A DNA stretch of 64,000 bases, from positions 1,763 to 65,762 of the forward strand of contig JACRIJ010000104.1 in the NCBI GenBank assembly GCA_016220095.1, in the 5' to 3' direction. Origin of the DNA: Planctomycetota bacterium. GTDB taxonomy: Bacteria; Planctomycetota; MHYJ01; JACQXL01; JACRIJ01. This document shows, in pieces, positions 37,168 to 49,293 of this stretch; the first letter of the stretch is position 1; each line of letters starts with the position of its first letter. The position numbers and the translations under genes are program-made. The notes beneath the pieces are model-generated. The model saw only the letters and a list, made by a program, of their open reading frames with translations, searched no databases and was not told the origin of the DNA.

Positions 37168-38547
37168 ATGTCTTATTGCCGGAAAACTTTTTTTGTAACA
37201 ATAGCCTGTTGCGCCATTATAGCCGTTTTTGTCCGCCCCGCTTATTCACAGGCGCCGCCGGAAAAAAAGCCCGCGCCAATAAAAGCGCCTGCCGGCGATG
37301 CTGAAAAATTGTCCGCTTCAGCCAAACTCATAAAAGATTATTTCAAGGCGAAAACCCCGGAAGAACGCGGCAGGATAATTGAGGAATTGGAAAAAATCGG
37401 CTTTATGCCGCCGGCGAAAGACCTGTCGCGGATAATAAAAGAGGCGGCAGTCTATCCTGATATGGCGCCGCTTAAAAGGACGACACGTAAAATCAAGGTG
37501 AACGGCGAAGAATACACCTACGAATTGTCTCCGCCGAAGGGCTATTCGCCGAAAAAAGAAGAACCGTTGATTATTTCGCTTCACGGTTCCGGCGGGGACG
37601 GCATGAACGCCCTGCATCTATGGCGCATACACCCTGACGACCAGGACGCGGCAAAAGACAAAATAATTGACAGTATAATATTGTCCGGGCAAACACCTCC
37701 CCCCAAAAACAGCATGCGCGTCACCCCTATAGTAAAAACAGAGCAATATATTATAGCGGCGCCCACACTGGAAAAAGTGCCGCAGGGCGGCGCGCCGACC
37801 GACCTGCTGGAACACTTGCTTCCGGCGTTATTGCAGGATGTAACTTCAACATGCAATGTTGATACAAACCGTATTTTTATAGTCGGATTTTCAATGGGCG
37901 GGCATTTCACGTGGGCTGAAACCCTGCACCAGCCCGATTATTTCGCCGGCGCCATTCCAATGATGGGCGCGTGCGACGATATGAATACCCTTTCCAATCT
38001 GCAATCCCTTCCGGTTTATATAATACACGGCGACAAAGACACTATCGTGCCGGTGGAATGTTCAAGAAGCGCGAACGAGGCGCTGACCGCGTTGAAATAC
38101 GATGTCATCTACCGCGAGCAAAAAGGATTGGGCCACTATTTGTTTTCAGACAAAAGCCCGGAATGCGCAAAATTGCTTGCGTGGATAAAATCCAAGACGC
38201 GCAATCCCTATATCAAAAAGATAAGCTATAGATTTTCAGGCCAATCCGCCCCCGTGAAGAGGATTTATTGGCTGGAAGTTTCGCAGAAGGAGTTGAATCC
38301 TTTTACGGTAGAGGCCGAGGTTGCCGATAATACAATTAATATCAAATCCGCAGGTCTGGCCGAGATGACGGTTTTGCTGAATTCGGAGATTGTTGATTTC
38401 GCAAAAGACGTTATCATTCGCGTAAACGGCAACGAAGTTTTCAAGGGCAAGTCAAGTCCGTCATATAAATTCCTTCTGGAAAATTACCAGGAATACAAGG
38501 ATCCGAATAGTTTATTCACGGCCGGGGTCAAGCTGAAGATACGTTAA
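37168..38547 (+). CDS. Secreted alpha/beta hydrolase (esterase/peptidase)
   Basis: Signal peptide; LHGSGG, GFSMGG nucleophile elbow, HGDKD, GLGH. Confidence 0.85.
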   Translation: MSYCRKTFFVTIACCAIIAVFVRPAYSQAPPEKKPAPIKAPAGDAEKLSASAKLIKDYFKAKTPEERGRIIEELEKIGFMPPAKDLSRIIKEAAVYPDMAPLKRTTRKIKVNGEEYTYELSPPKGYSPKKEEPLIISLHGSGGDGMNALHLWRIHPDDQDAAKDKIIDSIILSGQTPPPKNSMRVTPIVKTEQYIIAAPTLEKVPQGGAPTDLLEHLLPALLQDVTSTCNVDTNRIFIVGFSMGGHFTWAETLHQPDYFAGAIPMMGACDDMNTLSNLQSLPVYIIHGDKDTIVPVECSRSANEALTALKYDVIYREQKGLGHYLFSDKSPECAKLLAWIKSKTRNPYIKKISYRFSGQSAPVKRIYWLEVSQKELNPFTVEAEVADNTINIKSAGLAEMTVLLNSEIVDFAKDVIIRVNGNEVFKGKSSPSYKFLLENYQEYKDPNSLFTAGVKLKIR

Positions 38548-38637
38548 TAATGAAAAATGAAAAAGGAAGAATGAAGGACTGGACGAAGAATCGAGTAGCG
38601 AGTACCGAGGGACGAAACGACGAACACACCCCTTAAT

Positions 38638-38800
38638 CCCCTCTTACTACGGAGAGAATAATATACTTGACATTTGAAGGTAGCCGCAGGCTTTAGCCTG
38701 CGCTTAGAATCCAGTATTACAGCGCAACCTAAAGGTTGCGGCTACCTTAGCGCTGGCTATAAATGCCAAGTATATTATGCTCCGAGTGATAATAGAGGGG
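38638..38800. mobile_element. MITE-like nested inverted-repeat element containing a GTAG-REP doublet
   Basis: 18-bp IRs at 38658-38675 and 38761-38778 (1 mismatch); inner AAGGTAGCCGCA/TGCGGCTACCTT; outer CCCCTCT/AGAGGGG. Confidence 0.6.
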
Positions 38801-39052
38801 AAAACTTACGGCTCTAAATCCCTCTTTCAGGCCAATGTAAGCAGAAAGCGTCGTTCTTCGTGTCCTCGCGCCCTCGTGGCTAAATAACGTTTCCGTTTTT
38901 GTAAGGTACCAACCGACAAAAACCTCCAGTTTTTGCAAGGTAACAGTTGACATTTCCGGAGGCTTATATTTTCAATAAGAAGCGGCATATTCTTGGTTTA
39001 TGGCTTTTTATCCTATGCGAAATCGTTAGAACATAAAGTACTATAAAAATAT

Positions 39053-39081
39053 TTGACAAATATGCTGTATTGATATATAAT
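39053..39081 (+). promoter_or_regulatory. Consensus sigma-70 promoter, leaderless
   Basis: TTGACA-N17-TATAAT; ATG 7 nt downstream. Confidence 0.8.
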
Positions 39082-39088
39082 TGCGTAT

Positions 39089-39532
39089 ATGAAAAAGAAT
39101 GAAATTTATACGATAGGATACGAGGGCAAACAGATTGAGGAGTTCATTTTCTTTCTGAAAAAATTCAACATCACCCGTCTTATTGATATACGAGAAGTTC
39201 CAATTTCAAGGAAAAAGGGTTTTTCCAAAATAGCATTAAAAAATCAGCTCAACTCGGCAAACATTGAGTATGTGCATATAAAATCGTTAGGGAGTCCAGG
39301 TTATCTTAGAGATAAACTGAAATCCGACAGGGATTACGATTATTTTTTCAAGACATATTCTGAATATTTGGCAAAAAACAGCAACGCTATTAAGGAATTG
39401 CTCCAATATACAGATAAGGGTACGAATTGCCTTATGTGTTTTGAAAAAAATTATGAAAAATGTCATAGATCTGTCGTTATTAACGCATTTCAAAAATATA
39501 GCGCAACCCAGATAACCATACAACATATTTAA
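39089..39532 (+). CDS. DUF488 family protein
   Basis: IYTIGYEG, LIDIREVPISRKKGFSK, CLMCFE...CHR. Confidence 0.88.
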   Translation: MKKNEIYTIGYEGKQIEEFIFFLKKFNITRLIDIREVPISRKKGFSKIALKNQLNSANIEYVHIKSLGSPGYLRDKLKSDRDYDYFFKTYSEYLAKNSNAIKELLQYTDKGTNCLMCFEKNYEKCHRSVVINAFQKYSATQITIQHI

Positions 39533-39542
39533 TAATTGTAAA

Positions 39543-40304
39543 ATGGAAATTGTAAAAAAACAGGTTCTTGTCACAGTAAAAGCATATCCAAATCCGAGTA
39601 ATAAATATGACGAAACCGTTTGCTGTGCCGGCATTGACTTGACAAACAATCAATGGGTTAGACTGTACCCCGTACCGTACCGCGATCTTGAAGAGAGTAG
39701 AAAATTTAAAAAATACAGTATAATTGAAATAAACTGCAGTAAGACAATAAATGACAAAAGACCGGAGAGTTTTAAGATAGATTCAGATTCTATAGAAGTT
39801 ATCAGGTGGATTAATACTGATAAAAAATGGATGGAACGCAAAGAAATTGTATTACAATTGCCGCAAAAATCAATGTGTAAAATTATCAGCGGTGTAGCAC
39901 TTACAGACAATTCCTTAGGTCTTATAAAACCGAAAGATATAAAATTTGACTATAGCAAGAAAACAGTAACGCCTGCAACCAACGATTATAATCAGCTGAC
40001 TTTTTGGAATCAACAAAAAAGTAAATTGGAAGAAATCCCGTTTAATTTTTACTATTTTTTTCATTGCGAGGGAGAAAAGGAATGCCAGGGGCATAGATTG
40101 TCTATTATTGACTGGGAAATAGGACAAGCGTATCGTAAGTGGAAAGAAGAGTGTTCTACGGAAGAAGAACTGCTTGCTAAAATCCAACAAAAATGGCTTG
40201 AAATTGCTGACACATTCAATAGAGATGTTTATTTTTATGTTGGCAATATGAAGAGGTTTCGTAACATATTTATGGTTTTAGGCGTATTTTATCCGCCAAA
40301 GTAA
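39543..40304 (+). CDS. Conserved hypothetical partner of DUF488 (possible OB-fold nucleic-acid protein)
   Basis: TVKAYPNPS..YDETVCCAGI, WVRLYP, DWEIG, YFYVGN; AT-rich. Confidence 0.75.
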   Translation: MEIVKKQVLVTVKAYPNPSNKYDETVCCAGIDLTNNQWVRLYPVPYRDLEESRKFKKYSIIEINCSKTINDKRPESFKIDSDSIEVIRWINTDKKWMERKEIVLQLPQKSMCKIISGVALTDNSLGLIKPKDIKFDYSKKTVTPATNDYNQLTFWNQQKSKLEEIPFNFYYFFHCEGEKECQGHRLSIIDWEIGQAYRKWKEECSTEEELLAKIQQKWLEIADTFNRDVYFYVGNMKRFRNIFMVLGVFYPPK

Positions 40305-40316
40305 AAAGGTTAACTT

Positions 40317-40715
40317 ATGGACAAATTTCTTAAAAGCTTCTACATCGCCTCAGGCATTGTTCTGCTACTGGGGGTGGCAGTGAGTTTCGCCGCAGGACGC
40401 TGGTCGGTCGGCGGTTCCTGGCCGCTTATTTCCGGCTATCTGGTTGGTTTTATGTGTTGTTTCCTGCCGATTCCTACCTTTCATACGGTCGTTCATCTTT
40501 TGAACAAGTATGGCAAAACCGTGCGCTATCTGCTCATTTCCGCCATAATCCTTTGTCAATTCAGCATTTATGGCGTTACATTTTTCTTGATTATTTCCAA
40601 GGAAGTTGTTAATCTCTTTGCGCTCTGGGCAGGGGCTTCCGCTATAGTCGTTATTATAGCCATAGGAATGCTTATCTATAAGAAAACAATGCTTTCCGCC
40701 CGTCGTCCGTCGTAA
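40317..40715 (+). CDS. AtpI-like 4-TM membrane protein
   Basis: Four hydrophobic segments; directly upstream of atpB. Confidence 0.55.
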   Translation: MDKFLKSFYIASGIVLLLGVAVSFAAGRWSVGGSWPLISGYLVGFMCCFLPIPTFHTVVHLLNKYGKTVRYLLISAIILCQFSIYGVTFFLIISKEVVNLFALWAGASAIVVIIAIGMLIYKKTMLSARRPS

Positions 40716-40751
40716 TCTTCTAATCTTAAAATCTTGTAATCTTAGAATCTT
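40713..40751. repeat. 8-nt AATCTTxx array
   Basis: taatcttctaatcttaaaatcttgtaatcttagaatctt. Confidence 0.75.
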
Positions 40752-40761
40752 ATAATCGCTT

Positions 40762-41580
40762 ATGTCTTCAGGAATTCAGCATCCTCCGTCATATTTTACA
40801 GGGCTTTATAACCATTTTAAGGAAGCCAAAGAGCTTCCCGCATGGCTCCTTAATGAGCAATGGGGCGGCATATGGTTTGATGCCCTGGTATTTACGGCCA
40901 TTACTATTGCCGTAATCATCATATTTACGCTCATTTCCGTGCGCCGCATGAATAAGGTGCCCGGCAAACTTCAAAGCATTTTTGAGGTCGGCGTGGAGCT
41001 TCTGAACGGTCTTCTTACCGCCTTTATAGGTCCCGAAGGCCCTAAATACCTGCCCTTCCTCGGAAGCATTTTTATATATATACTTTTCATGAATCTTATG
41101 GGCCTCATTCCCGGAATGAAGTCCCCTACCATGACCCTCAGCACGACCTTCGCGCTCGGCATATCCACATTCCTCTATGTTCAGGCGGCCGGCATCAGGG
41201 CCCAGGGCCTGGGCGGCTACCTGAAACACTTTGCCGGCGAAGTTCTCTGGCTGGCGCCATTGATGTTCGTTATCCATATTATGGGCGAATTGGTCAAGCC
41301 CTGTTCTCTGTCTCTGCGTCTTTTCGGCAATATATTCGGCGAGGACAACGTTATCGCCGTGCTGACAAGCATGTCGGATGGAATTATGACATCCCTCGGC
41401 GGCGTTGTGCCGATTCCGGTGCAATTCCCTATGGCCGCCTTCGCGGTATTCACGAGTTTCCTGCAGGCGTTTATATTTACGGCGCTTGCCTGCATCTATA
41501 TAGCTACCCTTAGCGAACACCATGAAGAACACGAAACCGGCGCTTCGCATGACAGCGGGCATCCGGTACACGGACATTAG
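40762..41580 (+). CDS. atpB: F0 ATP synthase subunit a
   Basis: PGKLQ, SLSLRLFGNIFGE, LQAFIF. Confidence 0.95.
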   Translation: MSSGIQHPPSYFTGLYNHFKEAKELPAWLLNEQWGGIWFDALVFTAITIAVIIIFTLISVRRMNKVPGKLQSIFEVGVELLNGLLTAFIGPEGPKYLPFLGSIFIYILFMNLMGLIPGMKSPTMTLSTTFALGISTFLYVQAAGIRAQGLGGYLKHFAGEVLWLAPLMFVIHIMGELVKPCSLSLRLFGNIFGEDNVIAVLTSMSDGIMTSLGGVVPIPVQFPMAAFAVFTSFLQAFIFTALACIYIATLSEHHEEHETGASHDSGHPVHGH

Positions 41581-41632
41581 TTGTTCATATAGCGAAAATT
41601 TTTTCGCGAAAAAATTTTAGGAGGTTTTTTTA

Positions 41633-41998
41633 ATGAAGAGTTTTGTTATAGTAAGCTTAGTCCTGCTTTACGCGCTTATCCTGGCAGGACCGGTATTCGC
41701 ACAGGAAGCAGTTCCTGCCGGTGAAGTCAAAAAGGAAGAACAGCCGGCGGGCGATTCCGTTAAAATCTGGCTGGCTATCAGCATCGGATTCTCCCTGTCC
41801 CTCGCCGTGGTCGCGGGCGCATTCGGCCAATCCAAGGCCATTTCATCCGCAGTTGAAAGCATGGCAAGACAGCCCGAAGCCGCATCAGCCATCAGGGGCG
41901 CGCTCATCATCGGTCTTGCGCTTATTGAAACCCTCGTTATTTACATGCTTCTTATAAGCTTCTTCCTGTTCGGCATACTCGGCAAGCTTATACATTGA
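41633..41998 (+). CDS. atpE: F0 ATP synthase subunit c with a signal-like N-terminal extension
   Basis: ARQPEA, GLALIETLVIY. Confidence 0.93.
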   Translation: MKSFVIVSLVLLYALILAGPVFAQEAVPAGEVKKEEQPAGDSVKIWLAISIGFSLSLAVVAGAFGQSKAISSAVESMARQPEAASAIRGALIIGLALIETLVIYMLLISFFLFGILGKLIH

Positions 41999-42013
41999 TA
42001 GGGTTTTCTGTTT

Positions 42014-42514
42014 ATGGAAATGTTGGATAATCTGGGACTGCAACCCGTTGTAGTCCTGATAAACATAGGTTTCTTCATCTGCGTTTACCTTTTCATGAGG
42101 AAATTCCTCTTCCAGCGCGTCACCGTACAGCTGGACGCGAGGAAACGCGAATTTGACGAAGGCTTCGGCCATATAAATTCCACACAGAGTTATGTGGATG
42201 AATTGGCCAGGGACTACGCGCAAAAATACTCCGTTCTGGAAAAGAACGCGTATAAGGAACTACAGCGCATAGTCAAGAATGCCAATCAGTCAAAGGCCGA
42301 CTTGCTTGCCCAGACGTATTCAAGTTCCGACGATTACCTCAAGGAATCCAGGATCGCTATCGTCAGGGAAAAAAATTCGGCCATCACCCAGATGCGCACG
42401 CAAATTCCGGAATTGACAGGCGATGTGATAAAGAAACTGAGTAACAGCGAAATAGACTCTTCCAGGATAATTCCCGTAACGGATATGCTCATAGAAAAGA
42501 GACTGGCGAAATGA
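42014..42514 (+). CDS. F0 subunit b'-like
   Basis: N-terminal TM, LDARK, coiled coil; position in the operon. Confidence 0.75.
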   Translation: MEMLDNLGLQPVVVLINIGFFICVYLFMRKFLFQRVTVQLDARKREFDEGFGHINSTQSYVDELARDYAQKYSVLEKNAYKELQRIVKNANQSKADLLAQTYSSSDDYLKESRIAIVREKNSAITQMRTQIPELTGDVIKKLSNSEIDSSRIIPVTDMLIEKRLAK

Positions 42515-43085
42515 CAAAAGCGCTTTTTACAATTTTGCTGACGTTTTTGCAGGCACTGCCGCTGTTTGCCGCTGAAGAAGGCGGCGGGCACGCGACAGGC
42601 CTCAAAATCCCCGTGCTGGTAATCCAGACAGTCTGCTTTGCCGTACTCGCCTATGTTCTGTACAGGTTTGCCTGGAAACTGATTTCCAAATCCCTTGACG
42701 AACGCGCGAAAAAAATCCAGGATACTTATAAGCACATAGAAGACGAAAACGCGCGCCTGAAAAACCTGATCGCGGAATACGAACAGAAATTCGCTGGCCT
42801 TGAAAAAGAGGCCCAGCGCCTTTTGAATGAGGCCGTAAAAGAAGGCGAACAGACAGGGGAAACCATCGTAAAAGACGCCAACGCCAACGCTGAAAAAATC
42901 CTTGCCAAGGCAAGGCGCGAAATAGAGATAGAAAGAGATAAGGCCATGATGGAAATCCGCGAAGAGGCCGTAAACCTTACGATGCAGGCGGCAGAGGAAG
43001 TCCTGAAGAAGAATATGAACGCGGATATGAATTCAAAACTCGTCGCGGATTTCATAAGGACAATTGACAAGGTTGAGATGAAATA

Positions 43086-43086
<1 letters not shown>
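42511..43086 (+). CDS. atpF: F0 ATP synthase subunit b
   Basis: RFAWKLISKSLDERAKKI, AREIEIERDKA. Confidence 0.9.
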
Positions 43087-45420
<2,334 letters not shown>

Positions 45421-45553
45421 TGTAAAAATTTCTTGTTTTTTATCCGCGGATTTATATAATAGTAAGCAAGACTGAAACCGTAAAAAAACCAAGCTCTCAA
45501 ACATTAAACACCTGACTTCTTACGTCTTACAGTTTAATAAAGAGGTATATGTT

Positions 45554-46447
45554 ATGTCGGTAAACGAATTGCTTGACGCAAACCGGAAATTCCTTGATTC
45601 CGGCCGGATTAACCAGCTTAAATTCAAGCCGTTTTCAGGTTGGGTTGTAATCTCCTGCATGAGCGAGAAACTCGCCGACCTCCTTGAAGAATCCCTGGGT
45701 TTTGAACGCGGCGAGGCTCTTTTCATAAGGACCGCCGGGGCGGCATTCACAAAATACGATAACAGCATTGAACGCTCCGTCGCAATCGCAATTTTCAAGA
45801 AAGACGCGGTAAAAATTGCCGTCGTAGGACATTCAGATTGTTCTTCCGCAAGCGATGTATTCTCTATAACAGAGGCAATGAAAAAACACAATATCCCGCG
45901 TTCGGCCGTGCCCGATGATGTGCGCGAATGGATGGGCCTTATTTCCAATCCCGAGGAAAACGTAAGACAACTCGTAAGAACCCTGAGAAATTCATCGGTC
46001 GTCCCGGTCAGCGTGGAAATACACGGTTTTATGCTGGATACAAAAACAGGAAAACTTACGCATATAGTTTCGGCAATGCAGGAAAAGGAACTTAAAAAAG
46101 AAGATATTCATATAGCGGAACTTGAAATAAAATCACCGGTCGCATTCAAAGCGGACAGGTTTGAACATTCTTCGGACACAACCACGGCAAATTTCAGCGA
46201 TACCCCGCCGGCAATTGATATTTCGGCTGATAGGCCGAAAACCGCAAAATATACACAGCCCAAACCAGCCCAGTACAATCCGCCGCCGGTGCCTAAACCC
46301 CAGCCGCGTTATCAGCCGCAGGACCCCGTGCCGCTTGAACCCAAACCCGTCCAGCAGGCGAAACCCAAGATTTCCGTTGAGGCGTCGGATGACCCCTTCC
46401 AGGAAATGCTGGATAAGCTGAAAAGGGACAGATTTAAGAAATCATAA
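45554..46447 (+). CDS. Beta-carbonic-anhydrase-like protein with a Pro/Gln-rich tail
   Basis: ISCMS, IRTAGA, VVGHSDC, HGFMLDTKTGKL. Confidence 0.75.
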   Translation: MSVNELLDANRKFLDSGRINQLKFKPFSGWVVISCMSEKLADLLEESLGFERGEALFIRTAGAAFTKYDNSIERSVAIAIFKKDAVKIAVVGHSDCSSASDVFSITEAMKKHNIPRSAVPDDVREWMGLISNPEENVRQLVRTLRNSSVVPVSVEIHGFMLDTKTGKLTHIVSAMQEKELKKEDIHIAELEIKSPVAFKADRFEHSSDTTTANFSDTPPAIDISADRPKTAKYTQPKPAQYNPPPVPKPQPRYQPQDPVPLEPKPVQQAKPKISVEASDDPFQEMLDKLKRDRFKKS

Positions 46448-46462
46448 TATAGGAGGATTAAA

Positions 46463-47044
46463 ATGAGTTCAATAGAATTCGTATATGCGCTGAGTTTTTT
46501 CGTCGGGCTCGCTTACGCGTTAGTTACGGCCGTATTCAGCGGCGTATTCGCGGGCGGAGAACATATTGACGTTTCCGGCGACATGGGCGGTTCCGTGGAC
46601 CCGTCAGGCCCGATTGACCACGGTTCCCTGCATTTTTCACCGTTCAGCCCGATTGTAATAGCGATGTTTCTGGCGTCATTCGGCGCCGCGGGCCTTATTT
46701 GCATGGAAATATTTACTATTCTGGATTTCAGGATGCACCTGCCTATTTCCATGGGAAGCGGTTTCGTGATCTCCGGCCTGATGGCAGTCCTTTTTTCAAA
46801 AATACTCAAATCCACGCAGAGTACCAGTGCGGCAACGCATAGTGACCTTATCGGATGTTCGGCAGAGGTGCTTACCCCCATTCCGGCGGAAAACGGCCTC
46901 GGCGAAATTGCCTACAATATCCACGAAATCCGTTATACCGCGCCGGCAAAATCCATGGACAATAAAAAAATTGAAGCCCACTCCCATGTGATTATCAAAT
47001 CCATGGTTGGCGGGACAGCTTTTGTCACTGATAAACTCAATTAA
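46463..47044 (+). CDS. NfeD/YuaF-like membrane protein
   Basis: Three TM, FLASFGAAG, C-terminal OB-like GLGEIAY; precedes flotillin. Confidence 0.85.
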   Translation: MSSIEFVYALSFFVGLAYALVTAVFSGVFAGGEHIDVSGDMGGSVDPSGPIDHGSLHFSPFSPIVIAMFLASFGAAGLICMEIFTILDFRMHLPISMGSGFVISGLMAVLFSKILKSTQSTSAATHSDLIGCSAEVLTPIPAENGLGEIAYNIHEIRYTAPAKSMDNKKIEAHSHVIIKSMVGGTAFVTDKLN

Positions 47045-47058
47045 GGAGGTATATTGTT

Positions 47059-48537
47059 ATGTATTTGTTTGCATTAGAAAATGGAGTCGCCCTGGCGATT
47101 TTCGCCGCCATAGCCATTGTAATAATGGTCTTCATTTTCCTTGCTGTAATACTGAAACGTTACACCAAGGTAGGCCCGAACCAGGCATTGATTATCTCCG
47201 GAAGAAAGCGCGTTTTCAAGGACGAGATGGGCCGTGTGAGCATGCGCGGCTTCAGGATGGTCAAGGGCGGCGGTACCTTTGTATGGCCGTTCATTGAAAA
47301 GGCTGAAATACTTTCCCTGGAAATCCTTACCCTTGACGTAAGGCTTCCGGAAGTTTATACGATAAACGGCGTTCCTATAACGGTTGACGGCGTCGCCCAG
47401 ATTAAGATCAAGGGCGATGAAGGCGCCATAGCGACCGCGGCGGAACAATTCCTCGGCAAGACCCAGCTTGAAATCATGCGCGTTGCTTTGCAGACGGTGG
47501 AAGGCCATCTGCGTGCCATCGTCGGCACCCTTACGGTTGAAGAAATTTACAAAAACCGTGACGCTTTCGCCCAGAAAGTGCAGGAGGTCGCGGCAGGCGA
47601 CCTGGCAAATATGGGCCTCGGTATCGTGTCGTTTACGTTAAAAGACATTAAAGATGAACAGGGTTACCTGACCGCCCTTGGCCAGCCGAGGATCGCGGAA
47701 GTCAAAAGAGACGCTACAATCGCGCAGGCGGAAGCCAACAGGGATTCCACAATCAAAAGCGCCCAGGCCAATCAGGCCGGACAGGAAGCGCGTTTCCTTG
47801 CCGATACCAGGATAGCCGAATCCCAGCGGAATTTTGAAGTGAAAAGGGCCGAATACCAGGCCGCTATTAATCAGCAGAAGGCCGACGCAGACCTTGCGTA
47901 TGATTTGCAAAAATATAAAACCAACCAAAAGGTCAAGGCTGAAGAAGTCCAGGTCATGGTGGTTGAAAAACAGCGCATGGTTGAAGTGCAGGAAAATGAA
48001 ATTATGCGCAAGCAGAAGGAATTGGATGCTACCATCAATAAGCCTGCTGACGCTGAAAAATACAGGATAGAAGCGCTCGCAAACGCCGAGAAATTCAAAC
48101 TCCAGGCAGAGGCCGAAGGTAAAGGCCAGGCTATTAAGAACATAGGTTTCGCCGAAGCCGACGCGATACGCGCAAAAGGCCTTGCGGAAGCCGACGTCAT
48201 AAAAGCCAAAGGTTATTCAGAAGCTGAGGCCATGTCTAAGAAGGCCGACGCATGGAAGGCTTATAACGAAGCCGCAGTAACGCAGATGATTATAGACAAA
48301 CTGCCCGAACTCGCAAGGGCCATATCAGAGCCGCTGTCCAAGACGGAAAAGATCGTTATCATCAATCAGGGCGGTTCGGATTCCGCGGGCGCAAACAAAA
48401 TAACAAAAGACATTACCAATATTATAGCCCAGCTTCCGCCGGTCGTGGAGGCCCTCTCAGGGGTTGACCTGAAGGAAGTCATGTCTAAACTTCCGGGAAT
48501 CGGGAGCGCGTTTAAGAAAGACGAATCCAAAAAATAG
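47059..48537 (+). CDS. Flotillin (SPFH + coiled-coil)
   Basis: GGGTFVWP, EGHLRAIVGTLTVEEIY, AEA repeats. Confidence 0.93.
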   Translation: MYLFALENGVALAIFAAIAIVIMVFIFLAVILKRYTKVGPNQALIISGRKRVFKDEMGRVSMRGFRMVKGGGTFVWPFIEKAEILSLEILTLDVRLPEVYTINGVPITVDGVAQIKIKGDEGAIATAAEQFLGKTQLEIMRVALQTVEGHLRAIVGTLTVEEIYKNRDAFAQKVQEVAAGDLANMGLGIVSFTLKDIKDEQGYLTALGQPRIAEVKRDATIAQAEANRDSTIKSAQANQAGQEARFLADTRIAESQRNFEVKRAEYQAAINQQKADADLAYDLQKYKTNQKVKAEEVQVMVVEKQRMVEVQENEIMRKQKELDATINKPADAEKYRIEALANAEKFKLQAEAEGKGQAIKNIGFAEADAIRAKGLAEADVIKAKGYSEAEAMSKKADAWKAYNEAAVTQMIIDKLPELARAISEPLSKTEKIVIINQGGSDSAGANKITKDITNIIAQLPPVVEALSGVDLKEVMSKLPGIGSAFKKDESKK

Positions 48538-48573
48538 GACAGAAAACAGGATACGGGAAACAAAGATTTTATC

Positions 48574-48601
48574 GTAGAGACACGCCACGGCGTGTCTCTA
48601 C
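48574..48601. repeat. GTAG REP-like palindrome
   Basis: GTAGAGACACGCC-AC-GGCGTGTCTCTAC. Confidence 0.7.
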
Positions 48602-48620
48602 GCATTTCAGGGGAGACTAA

Positions 48621-49274
48621 ATGGAATTCTGGATAGGCGTAATCGTTGGTGTTGCAATATGCGCGTTTGTGCTGAAGAGGTTCGTTCTTGGGGCAAAACC
48701 CCGGCAAAACGTCATTATTACCAGGATGAACACGGAAGACACCGAAAATGATCCTGACGGAGACCTGGCAATAAAGATAACAAGCGGCAACGCAACGCCT
48801 GAAAGCTTGAAACAAATCAGAGATCTGCTGAAAGGCATGCGGAAGAACGCCGACTCGGATAATAACCTGAAAATAAACCTGTTCAAAAAAGCCGTATTTT
48901 CTTCAACCTCGTCATCCGCCGAAATAGATGCCGCGTCCGTGCGTGAAATCAAAATCAGCGTAGCGCTGAAAGGTGTCCCGGCCAGGGACGGCGTGAAATT
49001 TGACATTTCTGCGGATGCGGGCATGGAAGACGGTAAAACAGGCGTTATGGACGCCGTTTCCGCGCAAAAGAGCGATTTGGAAAAAATCGGCAGGCTCGCG
49101 CATATCCTAAGAATACGCCTGACCGCCGTAGTGGCTGGATGCGACAGCGGCGAGATCTTAGGCAACAGGGAAGCATTTGCCGGCATCGCCAAAGAATTGT
49201 TGGTCAAAGAACTCGCGCAGGACGGCATAGCGCTGGTTTCATTTGCGATAGATGATATCAAGCAGGCAGGCTAA
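48621..49274 (+). CDS. Membrane-anchored protein with a degenerate SPFH domain
   Basis: EILGNREAFA...LAQDGIALVSFAIDDIK resembles flotillin IYKNRDAFA...LANMGLGIVSFTLKDIK. Confidence 0.65.
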   Translation: MEFWIGVIVGVAICAFVLKRFVLGAKPRQNVIITRMNTEDTENDPDGDLAIKITSGNATPESLKQIRDLLKGMRKNADSDNNLKINLFKKAVFSSTSSSAEIDAASVREIKISVALKGVPARDGVKFDISADAGMEDGKTGVMDAVSAQKSDLEKIGRLAHILRIRLTAVVAGCDSGEILGNREAFAGIAKELLVKELAQDGIALVSFAIDDIKQAG

Positions 49275-49293
49275 TACGGCGGCATAGAAATCT

